IMG/VR virus record: IMGVR_UViG_3300031991_000105
Coordinates: 1 to 25,868 of that record
Length of the DNA stretch: 25,868 nucleotides
Source of the DNA: a virus
Taxonomy: Duplodnaviria; Caudoviricetes
Reading direction: 5' to 3' (one strand)
In this document: positions 15,421 to 25,073 of the stretch, in pieces
Layout: each line of letters begins with the position of its first letter
Numbering within the stretch: the stretch's first letter is position 1
Notes under the pieces: model-generated
What the model was told of the DNA's origin: nothing
Database searches by the model: none
What the model saw: only the letters and a program-made list of their open reading frames with translations
Position numbers and translations under genes: made by a program

Positions 15421-16727
15421 TCCAGCAACTTGTATTGCAGGCATCGCCCGCCAGCGGCTCCGATGCTCACGTTGCCGACGGCGCGCACGCCAACTTCAAT
15501 CTGGGAAGCGCCAATCCGGCCTTCATCGGGCTGTCGAAAGTTGACAAGAGCACCACCCGGTACCGGTATCTGATTCGGTTCGATCTGAGCGATCTGCCTG
15601 TGGGAGTCGCGATTCTCGATGCAACCCTCACACTGACTGTCGCCGGCGACATCAATGCGACGGGCGACGAATTCCATGCCTATCGATTGACGCGTTCCGA
15701 CTGGACCGAGCTGGGCGTCACCTGGAACGTATTCAACGGCCTGCAGCCCTGGACCGCGCCCGGCGGAGACTTCGTCACGGACGGTGGTGCCTCCGTCACG
15801 TTGCCAGACGCCTCGAATCTCGTGTTCGACTCGCTGACGGGGCTTGCAGTCGACGCCGTCGCCCACCGCGCGGCAAAGCTTGAACTGATCGTCGTGGGGC
15901 CCGACACGAACGACACCCGGTTGCTGACCGTCTATTCCTCGGAAGAAGGCACGCCTGCCAACCGGCCCCGGCTTGTCATTAACTATGTTGCGCCTCCGCA
16001 GCTTGCAATCAACGACCACGGCGACGGCTCCGGCGCCACGGCCACAGTCTCCGGCGCCGAATCCGACAGCACGACCACGATCCTGCTGCGAACCTTCAAT
16101 GGCGAACCTGGCGACGGCTCCTGGACGCAGGCCGGAGCCATCGATGGCAACGGCACCGTCGAGCTGATGCTGCCAGCCGGGCACTATTTCGCCTACGCCA
16201 TTTCCGCGGTCGAGAGTATCCACGTCCTGTCGCGCGTGGCGTACTTCGTCGTCAGCGACGGTCTCGAATCGATTCACACCCGTTGCCTCACGGCCGTGCA
16301 GGCCCGCATCCGCCTGCTGTCGCTCGACGGCGTCGCCAACGAGCGGGTCGTGATCGAAAAAGTTCCCACCGGCCGCAATCTTTCCGCCGGTAGCGGCCTG
16401 CCCGCGATTGTGCTCTCCCCCGAGCGCGCCGCGATGCCCGCCAGCGCCGGCACCAACGGCGCAGACGACGTGCACTACGACGTGCTGGTGGCGATTCTCG
16501 ATCGCGACAACCAGGAACCGACGCTGGCCGCGAACCTCGACCGCCATTTGCTGTGGCGGCAACAAATTGCCCGGGCGTTTCGCAACCAGCGGCTGCCGGG
16601 CGTGCCTGAAGTAATCAATTCGGAAGTCGAACCGGCCGAAGGGCTGCTCGACGAAGCTTGGAAACGCGAGCTGATGGCCTCCGCGCTGCGGTTGCGCTTC
16701 ACCAGTCGCGAAACCCGCGGATTCTAA
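15417..16727 (+). CDS. DNRLRE (CBM96-like) domain fused to a tail-terminator-like domain
   Basis: SD GGAGG with GTG at 15417; LIRFDLSDLP, ATLTL, WTELGVTWN, YSSE and RPRLVINY motifs; C-terminal ~150 aa with LPAIVLSP directly before the tail tube gene. Confidence 0.7.
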   Translation: MIQQLVLQASPASGSDAHVADGAHANFNLGSANPAFIGLSKVDKSTTRYRYLIRFDLSDLPVGVAILDATLTLTVAGDINATGDEFHAYRLTRSDWTELGVTWNVFNGLQPWTAPGGDFVTDGGASVTLPDASNLVFDSLTGLAVDAVAHRAAKLELIVVGPDTNDTRLLTVYSSEEGTPANRPRLVINYVAPPQLAINDHGDGSGATATVSGAESDSTTTILLRTFNGEPGDGSWTQAGAIDGNGTVELMLPAGHYFAYAISAVESIHVLSRVAYFVVSDGLESIHTRCLTAVQARIRLLSLDGVANERVVIEKVPTGRNLSAGSGLPAIVLSPERAAMPASAGTNGADDVHYDVLVAILDRDNQEPTLAANLDRHLLWRQQIARAFRNQRLPGVPEVINSEVEPAEGLLDEAWKRELMASALRLRFTSRETRGF

Positions 16728-16745
16728 ACAGGAGAACGATCGACC

Positions 16746-17669
16746 ATGACACCGACTACGGCCTCGATGGGCTACCAGGCCCGCTTGGGCACCAAGAACG
16801 AAACCACCTACGGCACGGCCGTCGCCGTCGACCAGGCCTTCGTATTCACGAGCGAGAACATCGTCAAGCGAGGCGTGATCGTCGAGCGGAGCGGACTGCG
16901 CGGCACGCGCAGCCATCAGGCCGACGACGTTCGCGTGGGGCCCTACACCGTGGGCGGACGGCTGGTGCTGGAACCCACGCCTCAGGACCTTTCCATCTGG
17001 CTGCCGCGCATCCTGGGGGCCGCGCCCGACGGTGCGAACTACAACCTCGCCGAAACACTGCCGAGCTTCACGCTCACGATCGACCGCGTGGCCAAAGTGT
17101 TCACCTATGCCGGCTGCAAGGTGAATCGCGCCACGCTCGAAGGCGCGCAGGGTGGACTACTGCGGCTTTCGCTCGACATTGTGGCTCAATCCGAAACCGT
17201 GGCCGCCGCCGGCTCGTTTCCCACGCTCACGCCGAGCAATACGCAGCCGTACATCTTCTCCGACCTGGACCTGACGCTCGCCTCGACGGCCCGCGAGGTC
17301 AAGGAGTTCGAACTTGCGATCGACAACGGGCTGATCACCGACCGGTTCATGAACTCGGTGACGATCGTCAATGCGCCCGAGGGAGACCGCGGCATCGTGC
17401 TCCGCACGGTGCATGCCTGGGCCGCGGCCAACGCAGATCTGTATGCCCAGGCGCTCGCGGGCGCCGCCGGCACGTTGCAGTTGACCAACGCTTTGGGCGG
17501 CACGCCGCCGGACGGTTATCGCACCACGTTCAACTTCGCCACGCTGCAAGTCCCCGACCGCAGCCCCAACGTGCCCGGCCGCAACGAGTTCTTTCTCAAC
17601 CTCGAGATGGCAGCCCGCCGCGTGGGCACGACCCCCGAGTTGTCCGTGACGCACGACGCCACACCGTAA
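16746..17669 (+). CDS. Phage tail tube (major tail) protein
   Basis: ETTYGT, PSFTLTIDR, YAGCKVN and FELAIDNGL motifs of tail-tube proteins; SD CAGGAG; 307 aa. Confidence 0.8.
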   Translation: MTPTTASMGYQARLGTKNETTYGTAVAVDQAFVFTSENIVKRGVIVERSGLRGTRSHQADDVRVGPYTVGGRLVLEPTPQDLSIWLPRILGAAPDGANYNLAETLPSFTLTIDRVAKVFTYAGCKVNRATLEGAQGGLLRLSLDIVAQSETVAAAGSFPTLTPSNTQPYIFSDLDLTLASTAREVKEFELAIDNGLITDRFMNSVTIVNAPEGDRGIVLRTVHAWAAANADLYAQALAGAAGTLQLTNALGGTPPDGYRTTFNFATLQVPDRSPNVPGRNEFFLNLEMAARRVGTTPELSVTHDATP

Positions 17670-17699
17670 TCGACCTTCATTCATTTCATTGGACGAGCC

Positions 17700-18428
17700 A
17701 TGTATCTCAAGTACGGTACCTATCAACATCCACCGGGTGAAGCGTCGGTGGTGATCTCGAAGCAAGGGCTGTTTAGCGACGCCGGCCTGACGCGCGGCGT
17801 TCGCGAACGCTGGGACATTCAGGGCCGTTTGCAGGCTGCCGATCAGGCGGCGCTCACCGCGGCCATCGAAGCTCTGACCGCGGCCTATTCCGTGCAGGGG
17901 CAAAACGTCGGCTTTTATTTCGACGACGATCAGCCCAGCAGCCACCTGATCGCCAGCAGCGAGACCAACGGCGGCGTGCGCGTCGTCGTGCCGCCCAGCT
18001 TTCCGCAAGGCAAAGGGGCCGAGTACTCGACGTTCCGCAACTATTCGCTCGCGCTCGAAGCCGAGTGGCTCGATCCCGATGCCACGCTCATCGGCTGGAA
18101 CGAACGATTGAACTTCTCCGGCGGCGGACCGCAGTTCGCGTTCCTGCAGCCGATCACCGGCACGCCGATCAAGCAACTGCTGCGGCAGGCCACCCCATAC
18201 CGGGCCACGCAAAGTGGCGAGGCGGTCGGCTACCAGTCGTATCCCGCGCCGGCTTTGCCGCTGTGGGCCGATGCCGAACACGTCCACCTTCGCGAGATTC
18301 ACTACGAGATTCCCAAGCGGATGGGTCCATCGGGCAGCCCCACGTACACGCACTACCGCGTCACCTGGTCGTACCGCTTCGAATCGGCCACGCCGCTCTT
18401 TGGCACGCCGACCGCCTGGCCGCTTTAA
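17700..18428 (+). CDS. Putative distal tail/baseplate protein
   Basis: 242 aa, beta-rich with two similar-sized halves; assignment rests on position only. Confidence 0.5.
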   Translation: MYLKYGTYQHPPGEASVVISKQGLFSDAGLTRGVRERWDIQGRLQAADQAALTAAIEALTAAYSVQGQNVGFYFDDDQPSSHLIASSETNGGVRVVVPPSFPQGKGAEYSTFRNYSLALEAEWLDPDATLIGWNERLNFSGGGPQFAFLQPITGTPIKQLLRQATPYRATQSGEAVGYQSYPAPALPLWADAEHVHLREIHYEIPKRMGPSGSPTYTHYRVTWSYRFESATPLFGTPTAWPL

Positions 18429-18464
18429 ACATCGAACGCAAACCACAGAACACCGTTTAGACCT

Positions 18465-20288
18465 ATGACTGCTCCTCAAGGCTTGGCCACATTTCCGGGC
18501 GTCGTGCAATTGCTCTCGGCGACAATCACGCTGGGGCACGGCATTTCACCCAGCACGGCACGGCTGACGATGGCGCCGCAACCGACCCCGCCTGCCGAGG
18601 CCGGAACGCTGCGGTTTCTCTATGGCGAAAACGTGGTGGAGTTCCCCGACTGTAAGATCGACCAGGGAAGTTACCAGCGGAGCGACACCGGCGAGCATTG
18701 GCAGGTGGCGTTTCTAGATCGTCGCTGGAAATGGCGGTTTGGCCACATTTCCGGCCGCTACAACGTGTGGCGCGAGAATGCCACGCTGCAAAACGGCGAT
18801 CCCGCCGGCTCCTCGGGCTCCGGCCTGGTCACCGACACTGAGCGCACCCCGCAGCAATTGGCCGAGCTCTACCTCGACGCCATGGGCGAAGAAGACTACG
18901 ACGTTTCCGCGCTGCCGAACTTCACGCGACCGCCGGTCGACCACGACTACGACAATCCGGCCGAAGCCCTGGCCGATCTGTGCGAAAGCCTGGGCTGCCG
19001 CATCGTGCTACGGCTCGACAACACGGTCAAGCTCGTCCGCATCGGCAGTGGCATCGAACTGCCCACCGACTTCCTCCTCGAAGACAGCCTCACGATCGAT
19101 CTGCCGGAAAAGCCCGACACGATCGCCGTCGTCTGCGGGCCCAGCTTGTTCCAGGTGGACTTTCCGCTGGAAGCCGTGGGCCTCGACCGCGATACGACGA
19201 CGGGCGGCGATCCCACCGACACGATCAAGCCGATCGACCAGTTGAGCTACAAGCCGGCGGGCGGTTGGAGCCAGGTCGATCTGCCGCTGTTCGCCGATCT
19301 GTCGAGCAATGCCGCGGAGGAAGACGTCAGCGGTCTGCGCTCGCTGGCCACCAAGAGCGTGTATCGCTACTACCGCATTCGCATGCCGGTGAAAGTGCCG
19401 GGCTACGAAGGAGACGTGATCACCAAACGCGAGCAATTGCTTCCGCTGTTCGACGAGCAGGTGATCTCTGCCGTCGAAAACGACGAGAGCGTGCCGCTGC
19501 CGGCCGCGGTATTCGGCGTGTGGTATCCCGGCCTCGACGATCAATCCAATACCCAGTCGACGCTCACCGCGCAAGGCAATTCGCCGCCCGCGGCCGGGCC
19601 CGAGGGAACCTACAAGTCGCCGTTCTACAATCGCGGTTTCACGCTCGATGCAGCCCGCGGAATCGTGATCTTCGACGAGCCGGTGTTCAAAAACGCCACA
19701 CCCAACGCGGCAAAAGTCACCCCGCAGCCGGCGCAACTCGTGCTCCGCGCCAAGTGTCACGTCCGCGATCCCGAGACGCTTGCCGTAGCGCGGTACGTGC
19801 GCCAGCGGTCGACCGGTGGAACCTTGGGAACAAACACCCAGTACATCCAGCGCGAGGAGTTGGTCGTAACGCACGTGCCCACCTACTCCCCGGAGACCTA
19901 CGCCGAAACGCCTTCCGGCGGCACCGATCCGCGCGAAGTGACCGCAGTCGCTTCGACCGTCGAAGACGTCGACGCGGCCTGCGACTACTACATCGACGCC
20001 GCGCTTGAAGAATACGTGCAGCCAGAACCCCGCCAGGTACAAGCGGCGGGCATTTATCCAATCGACCTCGACGGTGCCATCGCGCAGGTTACGTACCAGG
20101 TCGGTTCTGCCGGCGCTACGACCACGGTCGCTCGCGGCAGCGAACCCTCGAGCGTGGCCGCCAGCCACGACGAGCGCCGCCGCGCCGAAGTCGCCCGGCA
20201 GGCGAGTATGGCGGCCCGTCGCGCCACTTCCAGCACTTCGGGCCGCAACACGCGCCGCGAAGCCGCTGCACGGAGGCAAGCCCGATGA
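18465..20288 (+). CDS. Putative baseplate hub/tail-tip protein
   Basis: 607 aa; NPAEALADLCESLGCRIVL resembles hub-family helix-strand segments; position after the Dit-like gene. Confidence 0.55.
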   Translation: MTAPQGLATFPGVVQLLSATITLGHGISPSTARLTMAPQPTPPAEAGTLRFLYGENVVEFPDCKIDQGSYQRSDTGEHWQVAFLDRRWKWRFGHISGRYNVWRENATLQNGDPAGSSGSGLVTDTERTPQQLAELYLDAMGEEDYDVSALPNFTRPPVDHDYDNPAEALADLCESLGCRIVLRLDNTVKLVRIGSGIELPTDFLLEDSLTIDLPEKPDTIAVVCGPSLFQVDFPLEAVGLDRDTTTGGDPTDTIKPIDQLSYKPAGGWSQVDLPLFADLSSNAAEEDVSGLRSLATKSVYRYYRIRMPVKVPGYEGDVITKREQLLPLFDEQVISAVENDESVPLPAAVFGVWYPGLDDQSNTQSTLTAQGNSPPAAGPEGTYKSPFYNRGFTLDAARGIVIFDEPVFKNATPNAAKVTPQPAQLVLRAKCHVRDPETLAVARYVRQRSTGGTLGTNTQYIQREELVVTHVPTYSPETYAETPSGGTDPREVTAVASTVEDVDAACDYYIDAALEEYVQPEPRQVQAAGIYPIDLDGAIAQVTYQVGSAGATTTVARGSEPSSVAASHDERRRAEVARQASMAARRATSSTSGRNTRREAAARRQAR

Positions 20289-22876
20289 ACCACGACAACC
20301 CCCATGCGCTAGCCCGGCCGCTGCCGTTCCGCAACGTCTCGGAGGAAACCATTCCCGCGTTTGCCGTGATGACGGTTGCCGGATTGACCTCGGAGCACGG
20401 CCTCGCCTTCCTGCAGTGCGGCAAGCCCAACGCGACGTTTCGTCGTCACTACGCCGTCAACGGCATGCAGGACGTGCTCCCCGGCCGCCGCGGCAGTTGC
20501 TTTCGCGCCGGCGACGTCCGCGTGCTCTACGACGCGGACACGCCCGAGGCCGGTGCCGGCTGGGGTCCCAAGCCCGGCCAATGGACGCTGGCCCGAGGAT
20601 TTCCCGGCGGCACGATTCAAGGCATCGTCGACGCCACCCACAAGATCGCTCGCATCGACTGCGAGCCGATCAATCGCGCGCTCGTCAAAACGACTGCCAC
20701 CGTCGCCATCGACTCCAGCACCACGGATTATCGAGTCTACGCCGGCGTGCCCGACAGCGAAGTCGATGCAGGATTTACCGACGTTCCGCCGGCGCTGAAT
20801 CGCAGCGGACAGGTCATTGCCAGCGGACAATGGGCTTACCTGGTGTGGGTCCACAACGGCTGGGAACTGCAACTCATGCGTCAGGCGGCGCTGTGCGCGG
20901 TGCCTCCCTGCGGGCAAGGCATACCCGCCCGCGTCGGCAACGAGCCGGGCCAGAACGAATGCTGCTTGTTCACGATCGCCGCAGGCGCGTTGGTGCCCGT
21001 GCTGAATGACGGAGGGGCGCAAGCCCGGGACACCGTGTACAACGTTCGTGACGTAGCGATCCCGCCGCTCCAGCCACCCGACGAAAGCTACGTCCTCGTG
21101 CACGCCGACCCGAGCGGCCGCTGGATATGCGAAGTCCCCGAGAACGGATCGGCCGCCGGCGGCGCTGCAGCCACGACCACCACGCCCGACCCGAACCAGC
21201 CGCCATGCGCAGGTACCTGCAAGTGGAGCTGGTCCTTCACCTATGGCGGCGCGTGGCATCTCGAAAGCGACACCTGCGGCACGACCACGACGACCACGCC
21301 CGATCCCCAAGCGACGACGACACCGCCCTCCTGTCTCTGCCCGACGACGACCACCACCACGACGACCTGCGATCCCGAAGATCCCGAGTGCACCACCACC
21401 ACGACGACCACCACGGCCGAGCCCGAGTGCTCGTGCGCGTACCCGGCGTTCTGCGGCAGCGAGACGGGCGAGTGTACCTATACGAGCTGCGCCGCCGGCA
21501 CGAGCGCGCCGACGGTCGACTGCACCACGACCACCACGGCGGCGCCCACCACCACGCCCGACCCCTTGGCGACGACCACCACCTGCGATTGCAATACCAC
21601 GACGACCATGTCCCCCGAGACGGGCTGCTCGAATTGCACCTGGTCGCACCATCCGGTGGGCGGCTGGGTCAACACGTTCAACGGTTGCCACGGCCAGTGC
21701 AGTTGCGCGGCTCCTCCCGGCGCCCCGGGCGATTGTTCGAGCGCCACGACGGCGTGCCTGCCGATCGTCGTCGTGCCGCCCCCGCCCCCGCCTCCCTGTG
21801 GCGGCAGTTGCTCGTACATTTGCGTGCCCGGCTCGGGCTGGTTTTTCGTCGGCGGTAGTTGCTCGGGCGGCACGCACGGCTGCTTCTGCGGTCCGCCCAC
21901 CGAAAACTGCACCGTCTGCGGTGCCCCGGCCCGCACGCCCTGTTACGAGCCGCCGGCCAATCCCGACGCCACCACCACGACCGCCGCTCCCGGGCCGTGC
22001 GCCGAGTGCTACGGCACGACCACCACCACGACCACGGCCGCGCCAACGACGACCACCCCCGATCCGTGCGGCAGCGGCTGCTTGTGGGACGGCAGCGCCA
22101 GCGGCGCCTGGGCGGCCGGCGCCAACAACTGCGCGGTCGGCTGCAATTGCCTGCCGCCCGCCTACACGGCCACCGACGATTGCGAGACGGCCCACACGAA
22201 ATGTTTCCCGGTCACGACGACCACCGTCGGGCCCACCACCACGCCGCCGCCGACCACGCCGCCCCCGACGACCACCACGGCCGCGCCGTATTACTGCGAT
22301 TGCTTCGAGCCGGAGTTCGACACCGGCAACTGCGTGCAGGGGCTGGGCAGCCTCACGAGCTTCAATTGCGGCGGGCCCTTTGCCACGCTGGCGTTGTGCC
22401 AGGCGGCTGCACCTTGCGATAACCCGCCCACCACCACGCCGCCACCGACGACCACCACGCCCGCGCCGCAGTTCTGGCGCTGCTGCGGCTCGCCCGGCTG
22501 CTCCGAGCCGTCGGTGGTGCAGTGTGCCCAAGTCGCCAGCGCCGTCGACCCCTGCCCGGCCGCCGATTGCAACGGCGCGGTCTACGACACCGAAGCCCTC
22601 TGCGTCGCGGCCGGATGCGCCCCGGCGACCACCACCTGCGACCCCCTGGCGGCCTGCGACGGCGCCAGCCAATGCGCCGTGGCGTGCAGCAATTTCATCT
22701 ACGTATTAAACGACTTCTGCCCGCCACAACAGGGCGGAGCGTGCCGCTGCGACTTGCCGCCGGAGGCTTGGGCCGTGCTCGGCCAACCGTGTACCGAGTC
22801 TCTCGGCGCGTTCGCTTGCTGCAACGGCTGCCCGGGGTCGGTCGCCCCCTGCACGAATACCACGCCGGCACCGTGA
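20285..22876 (+). CDS. Putative tail fibre/appendage with Cys-rich repeats and mucin-like poly-Thr/Pro linkers
   Basis: 863 aa; N-terminal ~290 aa non-repetitive, then many Thr runs (up to 8) separating Cys/Trp modules; ATGA overlap with the hub gene; no signal peptide. Confidence 0.75.
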   Translation: MNHDNPHALARPLPFRNVSEETIPAFAVMTVAGLTSEHGLAFLQCGKPNATFRRHYAVNGMQDVLPGRRGSCFRAGDVRVLYDADTPEAGAGWGPKPGQWTLARGFPGGTIQGIVDATHKIARIDCEPINRALVKTTATVAIDSSTTDYRVYAGVPDSEVDAGFTDVPPALNRSGQVIASGQWAYLVWVHNGWELQLMRQAALCAVPPCGQGIPARVGNEPGQNECCLFTIAAGALVPVLNDGGAQARDTVYNVRDVAIPPLQPPDESYVLVHADPSGRWICEVPENGSAAGGAAATTTTPDPNQPPCAGTCKWSWSFTYGGAWHLESDTCGTTTTTTPDPQATTTPPSCLCPTTTTTTTTCDPEDPECTTTTTTTTAEPECSCAYPAFCGSETGECTYTSCAAGTSAPTVDCTTTTTAAPTTTPDPLATTTTCDCNTTTTMSPETGCSNCTWSHHPVGGWVNTFNGCHGQCSCAAPPGAPGDCSSATTACLPIVVVPPPPPPPCGGSCSYICVPGSGWFFVGGSCSGGTHGCFCGPPTENCTVCGAPARTPCYEPPANPDATTTTAAPGPCAECYGTTTTTTTAAPTTTTPDPCGSGCLWDGSASGAWAAGANNCAVGCNCLPPAYTATDDCETAHTKCFPVTTTTVGPTTTPPPTTPPPTTTTAAPYYCDCFEPEFDTGNCVQGLGSLTSFNCGGPFATLALCQAAAPCDNPPTTTPPPTTTTPAPQFWRCCGSPGCSEPSVVQCAQVASAVDPCPAADCNGAVYDTEALCVAAGCAPATTTCDPLAACDGASQCAVACSNFIYVLNDFCPPQQGGACRCDLPPEAWAVLGQPCTESLGAFACCNGCPGSVAPCTNTTPAP

Positions 22877-22883
22877 GAAGAAA

Positions 22884-22992
22884 GGGGTTAGGGGGTAGGG
22901 ACTAGGGATTAGAAAAGAATGGAAGCTCACACCCCCAACCCCCAACCCCCAACCCCCAACCCCTAACCCCTAACCCCTAACCCCTAACCCCT
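22884..22992. repeat. Telomere-like heptamer array 1 (G-rich arm then C-rich arm)
   Basis: GGGGTTA GGGGGTA GGGACTA GGGATTA (22884-22911), then 4x CCCCCAA + 4x CCCCTAA + CCCCT (22932-22992). Confidence 0.9.
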
Positions 22993-23008
22993 GGAGCTTC
23001 AGCGACCC

Positions 23009-24943
23009 ATGCCCCCGAAACTCACCATCGGCCTGCCCACTTACGACGACTTCGACGGCTGCTGGTTCACGCTGCAAAGCCTGCGGCTGCACCACGACAT
23101 GAGCCAGGTCGAATTGATCGTCGTCGACAACAAGCCAGACTCCGCCGGCTCGGCCGATCTGAAACAGAAGGTCGAAGGCTGGATGCGGCCGGGCACGGCC
23201 GGCACGCGGTATATTCCGCTGCCCGGCGACGGCGGCCCGGCGGGCGCCAAGGACCGCGTCTTTCGCGAAGCGGCCGGCGAGGCGGTGCTGTGCCTCGACT
23301 CGCACGTGCTGCTGCCGCCCGGGGCGATCCAAAAACTCATGGCCTGGTACGACGCCCACCCCGGCAGCCACGACCTGGTGCAAGGGCCGCTGCTGCTCGA
23401 CCACTTACAGAGCGTCCACACGCACTTTCTCGACGTCTGGCGGGGCGAAATGTGGGGCATCTGGGGCAGTGCCTGGGAAGTCTGTGCTGCTGGCGACGGG
23501 TACATCGCTGGCGACCGGGTGAGCGTGGTCGAGCACCAGGGCCGCGCACGGTTCCTGTCGCTGGACATGGGTAGCGTGCCGCTCAGTTCCAGCGCCACCT
23601 GCGGAAAAGATTTTCCCGACGTGCCCTACGCCGGCCACGAACGGGCGCTACTCGACGCCGGCTGGCGGCCGCTGGGTTTGAGCGACGACGACGAGTTCGA
23701 GATTCCCGGCCTGGGCTGCGGCCTGCTCAGTTGCCGCCAGGCGGCCTGGCCGGGTTTCAACGAGCACTTCCGCGGCTTCGGCGGCGAGGAAATGTACCTG
23801 CACGAAAAGTTCCGCCAGCGCGGCGACCGCTGCCTGTGCCTGGGCTTCTTGAAATGGCTGCACAAGTTTTCGCGCCCCGGCGGCGTCAAGTACCCGCTCA
23901 CCCGCTGGAACAAGGTCCGCAACTACGTGCTGGGGCACCAGGAACTGGGCCTGCCCACGGATCGCGTGTACGAGCACTTCGTCACTGGAAAACTGATCTC
24001 CGAAAAGCAGTGGGAGTATCTCCTCGCCGATCCGGTCGGCAATGTCAAAGAGCCCGTCGCGCAGGCGGCCGCCACCATCGAAGAGTTTTATGACCAGGTG
24101 CAGGCCACCAAGTGGAGTTTGGACCAGCACATGCCCCAGCTCCGCGAACTGGCTGGGCAGTGCTCGCACGTGACCGAGTTCAGCCACACCCGCGAGTCGC
24201 TGGTGGCGTTTGCCGCCGCCAGGCCCGAGCGGCTCGTGTCGTACAACGTCGATCGGAAGGCCACCGAGGCTTTGCCCCTCTGTCCGTTCCTTGAGTTGCA
24301 CGGGATGGATTCGCCCGACATACCGATCATCGATGAGACCGACCTGTTGTTCCTCGACACCAAGCACACCCGCGCCCGGCTGGCCGAGGAACTACAAAAG
24401 TTCGCTCCCCAGGTGCGGCGGTACATCGTGCTGCACGACACGGTGCTGCACGGCACGCGCGGCGAGGACGGCGGCGTGGGCCTGGTGCCGGCGATTCGCT
24501 CGTTCGTCGAAGAGCACCCGGCCTGGTTCGTGGCCAGCCACACTCAGGTGCAGTACGGCCTGACCGTGCTCGGCTGCCAGGAACAAGATCGCCCACCGCA
24601 AAAAATCCAACTCTGGCCGCCCGACTTCGGGCCCGGCACCGAACTCAAGGCGATCATGGCCTCGCTGGGGATCGAGCCCAGCCCGACCTGCGACTGCAAC
24701 GGCAAGGCGATCCAGATGGACCTGTGGGGCGTCGAAGGCTGCCGCGAAAATCGCGAGCAGATCATCGCCTGGATGCGCGAGGGGCAGACCCGCTGGGGCT
24801 GGAAAGACAAGCTGGCCGCAGCGGCGGCCGCCGTGAAGAGCGGCCTGGCGTTCAAGCTCAATCCGCTCGATCCGTACCCGAGTCTGATCGACGAGGCGAT
24901 TCGGCGGGCGGAGCAGAAACAGGAAGAAGGGGTTAGGGGCTAG
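23009..24943 (+). CDS. GT-A glycosyltransferase (GT2/ppGalNAc-T-like) fused to a class I SAM methyltransferase-like domain and a C-terminal Cys domain
   Basis: LTIGLPTYD, LIVVDN, CLDSH, GFGGEE, HKFSR; then HVTEF, DLLFLDTKH, YIVLHDT, YGLTVL (Methyltransf_24-like); then GPGTELK..CDC..MD.WG..GC. Confidence 0.85.
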   Translation: MPPKLTIGLPTYDDFDGCWFTLQSLRLHHDMSQVELIVVDNKPDSAGSADLKQKVEGWMRPGTAGTRYIPLPGDGGPAGAKDRVFREAAGEAVLCLDSHVLLPPGAIQKLMAWYDAHPGSHDLVQGPLLLDHLQSVHTHFLDVWRGEMWGIWGSAWEVCAAGDGYIAGDRVSVVEHQGRARFLSLDMGSVPLSSSATCGKDFPDVPYAGHERALLDAGWRPLGLSDDDEFEIPGLGCGLLSCRQAAWPGFNEHFRGFGGEEMYLHEKFRQRGDRCLCLGFLKWLHKFSRPGGVKYPLTRWNKVRNYVLGHQELGLPTDRVYEHFVTGKLISEKQWEYLLADPVGNVKEPVAQAAATIEEFYDQVQATKWSLDQHMPQLRELAGQCSHVTEFSHTRESLVAFAAARPERLVSYNVDRKATEALPLCPFLELHGMDSPDIPIIDETDLLFLDTKHTRARLAEELQKFAPQVRRYIVLHDTVLHGTRGEDGGVGLVPAIRSFVEEHPAWFVASHTQVQYGLTVLGCQEQDRPPQKIQLWPPDFGPGTELKAIMASLGIEPSPTCDCNGKAIQMDLWGVEGCRENREQIIAWMREGQTRWGWKDKLAAAAAAVKSGLAFKLNPLDPYPSLIDEAIRRAEQKQEEGVRG

Positions 24944-25072
24944 GGGTTGGGGATTAGAAAAAGACCTAACACCTAACACTTTCCGAGACCCCCAACCCCT
25001 AACCCCTAACCCCTAACCCCTAACCCCTAATCCCTAATCCCTAACCCCTAATCCCTAACCCCCAACCCCTAC
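24929..25072. repeat. Telomere-like heptamer array 2
   Basis: GGGGTTA GGGGCTA GGGGTTG GGGATTA (24929-24956), then 12 YCCCYAA-type heptamers (24989-25072). Confidence 0.9.
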
Positions 25073-25073
25073 C

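Noticed and set aside
16746-20288. Contractile injection system or tailocin
   Set aside because: No sheath or wedge genes recognised, and a full head and packaging module is present
20309-22672. 787-aa minus-strand ORF and other long antisense ORFs (12670-14283, 15282-16916, 7674-9008)
   Set aside because: Shadow ORFs of high-GC plus-strand genes; Arg/Gly/Ala-rich with no motifs
20285-22876. Diversity-generating retroelement target
   Set aside because: No reverse transcriptase and no template/variable repeat pair seen; the repeats are codon-level Thr runs
22884-25072. Eukaryotic telomere or contamination
   Set aside because: The unit is a 7-mer (TTAGGGG), degenerate, short, present in both orientations and embedded between intact bacterial-type genes; it is not a terminal TTAGGG tract
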